Shown here piece by piece: positions 60,318-64,000 of a stretch of 64,000 nucleotides of DNA. Source of the DNA: Opitutia bacterium. Lineage in GTDB: Bacteria; Verrucomicrobiota; Verrucomicrobiia; Opitutales; T3Sed10-336. The notes beneath the pieces were generated by a model. That model had not been told where the DNA came from. It made no database searches and saw nothing but the letters and a program-made list of their open reading frames with translations. Both the position numbers and the translations under genes were made by a program. The stretch lies in assembly GCA_050506795.1 (NCBI GenBank), contig JBJHCF010000022.1, positions 1-64,000 of the forward strand, in the 5' to 3' direction. Position 1 is the first letter of the stretch, and each line of letters begins with the position of its first letter.

Positions 60318-61346
60318 ATGAAGGCCATTCAGTTTTCACAACCGAAAGAGATTCGGATCATAGACCTCCCGTCTCCGGGATCTCCGGGACCAGGGGAGGC
60401 CCTGGTTCGCACCCACACGATGGGGATTTGCGGCACGGACATCTCCGGGTACCTGGGCAAGATGCCGTTCTTCGGTTATCCGAGGATTCCGGGTCACGAA
60501 CTCGGCCTCGAAGTCCTGGCGACCGGACCGGAGGTCAGCAATGTCAAGGCAGGCGATCGCTGTTCGCTGGAGCCGTATTTGAACAATCCTGACAGTCCGA
60601 CCAGCCGCCGGGGAACCGGCAATTGTTGCCCGGATATCCAGGTCCTGGGGGTTCATATCGACGGGGGTTTGCGCCGGGAATGGATTTGTCCCGCCAGGAA
60701 ACTCCATCCCGGAAACGCGCTTTCCTACAACCAGTTGGCGCTGGTGGAAACCCTGGCTATCGGTTTTCACGCTGTTCAGCGGAGTAAGCCGCAGCCCGGC
60801 GACACGGTTCTGGTGGTCGGAGCCGGACCGATCGGGCTCGCCTGCCTGGAGTTTCTCAAGTTGATGGACGTGACGTTGATCGTGATGGACATGAACGCGG
60901 ACCGCCTCCGCTTCTGCACCGAGAAGCTGGGTGTCGCCGGGGTTGTCCAGGTCGGTTCCGGAATCTCTCCGGTGGAAGGTCTTGGGGCGCTGACGAACAA
61001 CGCCTTGGCCAACGTGGTAATCGACGCGACCGGATCCGCCGCGTCGATGTCGGCGTGTTTGGAATACGCCGCCTTCGCCGGGCGCGTCGTTTACGTGGGA
61101 ATCACAGCGGACGAAGTCGCCTTTCCCCATGCGCCGGTTTTCCATCGGCGGGAACTGACTTTGCTCGCGTCCCGAAACGCCCTGCCGGAGGACTTCAGGC
61201 AGATCATCGACATTATTGATGAGGGAAAGATCGATACCGATAAATGGATCACGCATCGCTTCGGATTCGACGAGACGCCCGAAATCTTTCCACGCTTTGG
61301 AAATGGGTTTCCCGGCCTGATCAAGGCGGTGATTGAACTGGATTGA
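60318..61346 (+). CDS. Zn-dependent alcohol dehydrogenase (L-galactonate 5-dehydrogenase-like)
   Basis: GICGTD, YPRIPGHE, GAGPIG, ASRNA. Confidence 0.88.
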   Translation: MKAIQFSQPKEIRIIDLPSPGSPGPGEALVRTHTMGICGTDISGYLGKMPFFGYPRIPGHELGLEVLATGPEVSNVKAGDRCSLEPYLNNPDSPTSRRGTGNCCPDIQVLGVHIDGGLRREWICPARKLHPGNALSYNQLALVETLAIGFHAVQRSKPQPGDTVLVVGAGPIGLACLEFLKLMDVTLIVMDMNADRLRFCTEKLGVAGVVQVGSGISPVEGLGALTNNALANVVIDATGSAASMSACLEYAAFAGRVVYVGITADEVAFPHAPVFHRRELTLLASRNALPEDFRQIIDIIDEGKIDTDKWITHRFGFDETPEIFPRFGNGFPGLIKAVIELD

Positions 61347-61352
61347 AGTTAA

Positions 61353-62231
61353 ATGGCGAACTCGTTCACAACTGCGATCGATGCGCATCACCATTTGTGG
61401 CAGTATTCACCCGATGAATACCCATGGATTCCATCGGGTTCCCGTCTGGCCGGGGATTACCTTGCGCCCGACCTGAAAGAAACCGCGGGTGAGGCCGGCA
61501 TTTGCGGCACTGTCGTCGTCCAGGCCCGGCAAACGCTCGAGGAAGCCTCGTGGCTGCTGCGTTTGGCAAGCGAGCCGAACCTCGTTCGAGGCGTCGTCGG
61601 GTGGCTGCCCCTGGCCGACGCGAAGGTTGAAGAGCCTTTGGAGCGCCTGTCTGGCAACGCCCTTTTAAAAGGGGTTCGACATGTCTTACAGGACGAACCC
61701 GACGAGGCATTTATCCGGAAGGATTTTCACCGGGGCCTTTCCCTTCTGCCGAAATATAGCCTGGTTTACGATTTGCTGTTGTTCGAAAGACAGCTCGAAT
61801 CGGGCCTGGCTCTGGTCGACCGACAACCCGAATTGCCCATTGTGATCGATCACGTCGCAAAGCCGGAGATCCAACGCGGGGTGGTCTCCGCGAATTGGAA
61901 GAAGGGGATGAAGGCGCTGGCGGAGAGGGAGAACGTCGTTGGCGTTAAGATTTCCGGGATGGTAACGGAAGTCCGCGATCCGGAAATCGACGAAGCGACG
62001 CTTCAAGCCTATTTTGACGAGACACTCGCGCTGTTCGGTCCGGAACGCCTGATGTTTGGAACGGACTGGCCGGTCTGCCTGCTGCGGATCGACTCTGGGG
62101 GAAGATGGCGAAGGATGGTCGAACGTTTCGCTCGGCAATTGTCCTACACGGAAAAAGCGGCGCTTTTCTTTCACAACGCCAACCGGGTGTATCGGCTGCA
62201 GATGGAAACGCCGTCCTCGTTGCCACTCTGA
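61353..62231 (+). CDS. Amidohydrolase (L-fucono/L-galactono-lactonase-like)
   Basis: IDAHHHLW, VVVQA, GVRH, DHVAKP, KISG, FGTDWPV. Confidence 0.88.
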   Translation: MANSFTTAIDAHHHLWQYSPDEYPWIPSGSRLAGDYLAPDLKETAGEAGICGTVVVQARQTLEEASWLLRLASEPNLVRGVVGWLPLADAKVEEPLERLSGNALLKGVRHVLQDEPDEAFIRKDFHRGLSLLPKYSLVYDLLLFERQLESGLALVDRQPELPIVIDHVAKPEIQRGVVSANWKKGMKALAERENVVGVKISGMVTEVRDPEIDEATLQAYFDETLALFGPERLMFGTDWPVCLLRIDSGGRWRRMVERFARQLSYTEKAALFFHNANRVYRLQMETPSSLPL

Positions 62232-62240
62232 CATCGGTAC

Positions 62241-62267
62241 GGATATTGGCTTTTAAAGCCGATATCC
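62241..62267 (+). terminator. Stem-loop after the operon
   Basis: ggatattggctt...aagccgatatcc. Confidence 0.5.
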
Positions 62268-62501
62268 ACCCGCGCTTCGGATGGAGGCGAGAAATTGGCG
62301 TCATTTGCCGTCCAGGGTGGGAATTGCTCGGAATTGATCGTTCTCGAATCGGGAGGACGACGAAATGGATAAACTTGACCGCTTGATGGACATTTTCGAC
62401 GATTTGCCGGAATTTTACTTGTTTCCAGTAGACGATCAAAAATAAACTTCGATCAACCCGTTTGGTTAACCTCCGCTAAATTCTATCGATCCGTATTGCT
62501 T

Positions 62502-63857
62502 ATGAAACCAATTACCCGACGTACCTTCCTGAAAAACGGCGCTCTTATGACGGCTGGAATTGCCGGCCTCTCGCTTTCCACGCGAGCTGCCACCAATACC
62601 AATAGCCGCCTCCGTGTTTTTCAGATTGGTGTCGGAGGCATCGGGGGGATGCAGCGGGACAATCTGCGCAATCATCCGCGGGTGGAGTTCGCCGGTTTCT
62701 GCGACGTGGACACCCGCGAACTCGACCGGATGGCGGCGGAGTACCCGAACGCCTTTCGGGTAACGGACTTTCGGGAAGCTTTCGCGAACCGGGTGGATCA
62801 ATTCGACGCCGTCATCGTGGACACCCCGGACCACCAGCACATCACCCAGATCCTCATGGCGATGGAGCACGGGAAACATGTCTTCGCCCAAAAGCCGCTC
62901 GTCCATCAACTGGATGAATTGCGCATGGTCGACCGGGCGGTGAAGGCGCGTCCGGATCTGGTCACCCAAATGTGCAATCAGCGCTCGTGCAACATGCGTC
63001 GCATGCAGGCGGTCGAATTGCTCCGCAGCGGACGTCTGGGGCGTCCGGTGGAGGCGTGGGCCTGGACCGGACATGTCTCACGCGGATACTATTTTGCCGA
63101 TCCCTGGAGCGACTATACGCCCGCACAGCCGATTCCGGACTACATGAATTGGGATCTGTGGGTCGGGCCGATTGCCGAGGATCTTCCCTATAGCACCGAC
63201 CTGGCGCCCCGGCGCTGGCGGACTTTCTGGGAAACCGGCGGCGGCCAGCTCAATGACTGGGGCTGCCACCTGCTCGATGTTCTTTATTACGCCTTCGACA
63301 TGCCGGCGCCCGAAGCGGTTCTGGCCCACACCAGCCGTCCGGCGGGCGTCGCACATTCCGCCCACAATCAGTGCACCATCACCTATCCGGGCGGCGGTGA
63401 TTTCGCCCGGGATAAATTCGTTTTACGTTATAACGACAGCAGTCAAGGTCCGTCTTATGCCGCCCTTGGTTTGCCGCCGATGCGTTTCGGCGCCAATCAT
63501 ACGCTCATCGTCTGCGAGGAAGGCGCGCTCCTTCTGCAGGCGGACGCTCAGCCGGCCCTGGTGTTCCGTGACGGTGAAATCGCCCGCGACGAACCCTGGC
63601 CCGAGGTGCCGCCGCGCAATCATTGGCATGACTGGGTTGATAATTGTTTCGGCGACAACAAACCGCTCTGGTCGCCGTTCGAAATCGCCGTGCCGATCAC
63701 CGAACCGGGACTCCTCGCGGTCAAGGCGACTCGCTTCCCGGGCCAGGAATTGCGCTGGGACAGCGTCAACGCCCGCTTCACCAACCATGACCAGGCCAAC
63801 CAGGAAATCGTCTCGCGCGAGTATCGTGAAGGGTTCGAGCCTCCCAGCGTTGGCTGA
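62502..63857 (+). CDS. Tat-exported Gfo/Idh/MocA oxidoreductase
   Basis: RRTFLK, IGVGGIG, TPDHQH, QKPL, WR.FWETGGGQLNDWGCH. Confidence 0.92.
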   Translation: MKPITRRTFLKNGALMTAGIAGLSLSTRAATNTNSRLRVFQIGVGGIGGMQRDNLRNHPRVEFAGFCDVDTRELDRMAAEYPNAFRVTDFREAFANRVDQFDAVIVDTPDHQHITQILMAMEHGKHVFAQKPLVHQLDELRMVDRAVKARPDLVTQMCNQRSCNMRRMQAVELLRSGRLGRPVEAWAWTGHVSRGYYFADPWSDYTPAQPIPDYMNWDLWVGPIAEDLPYSTDLAPRRWRTFWETGGGQLNDWGCHLLDVLYYAFDMPAPEAVLAHTSRPAGVAHSAHNQCTITYPGGGDFARDKFVLRYNDSSQGPSYAALGLPPMRFGANHTLIVCEEGALLLQADAQPALVFRDGEIARDEPWPEVPPRNHWHDWVDNCFGDNKPLWSPFEIAVPITEPGLLAVKATRFPGQELRWDSVNARFTNHDQANQEIVSREYREGFEPPSVG

Positions 63858-63869
63858 CCGAAGAGACCG

Positions 63870-63897
63870 GGCCGCCTCAAGTTTCAGAGCGGCCTTT
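63870..63897 (+). terminator. Candidate intrinsic terminator
   Basis: ggccgc...gcggcc followed by ttt. Confidence 0.4.
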
Positions 63898-64000
63898 ACA
63901 TTCAATCTCAAGCCTGCTGTCCGATGCGGTACCGGTTGTCGGCGATCGAAATGCCGATTGCCGGTATTCCATCAGCGTTCCAACGGACTTCACGCGCACG

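Noticed and set aside
63908..64000. Possible 3' end of a minus-strand CDS
   Set aside because: Only 30 codons are visible, so neither the frame nor the product can be supported.

Overview
This is a bacterial window that looks verrucomicrobial (Opitutia/Puniceicoccaceae-like). That assignment is inferred from an H-X9-DG-type prepilin, GDGxxNLxxYA C-terminal domains, LpxI and several sulfatases. It has three parts. (1) About 1-45.4 kb is an accessory glycan and amino-sugar catabolism region. It holds two GH110-like beta-helix proteins, a PmoA/DUF6807 protein, two sulfatases, a nagB-ROK-PIG-L operon and an uncharacterised SIS-SDR-FAD oxidoreductase-ROK-PTE operon. It also holds a sialic-acid locus (Kelch-SSS fusion, nanA, prepilin, a 1226-aa repeat protein, two GH33-like sialidases), a DUF455 diiron protein, an orphan rapZ and a Gfo/TIM-barrel/DUF1080 cluster. 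(2) About 45.6-52.5 kb is core: tRNA-Ala(GGC), a divergent 6S RNA-like gene that is not in the ORF track, lpxI, metY, proB, frr, pyrH and DUF2071. (3) About 52.6-64 kb has two paralogous membrane-anchored hypothetical proteins, a sugar ABC system with no binding-protein gene and an oxidative L-sugar pathway. The most notable observations are the 6S RNA, a 58-bp collapsed 'ghost' of gene 39948-40883 that brackets the 30-kb nag/nan block as a direct repeat, other deletion-collapsed pseudogene mosaics, a repeated RPWR beta-sandwich module with nested domain insertions, and a nan pathway with no nanE or nagA in the window. All family assignments come from recognising motifs by eye; no searches were run.
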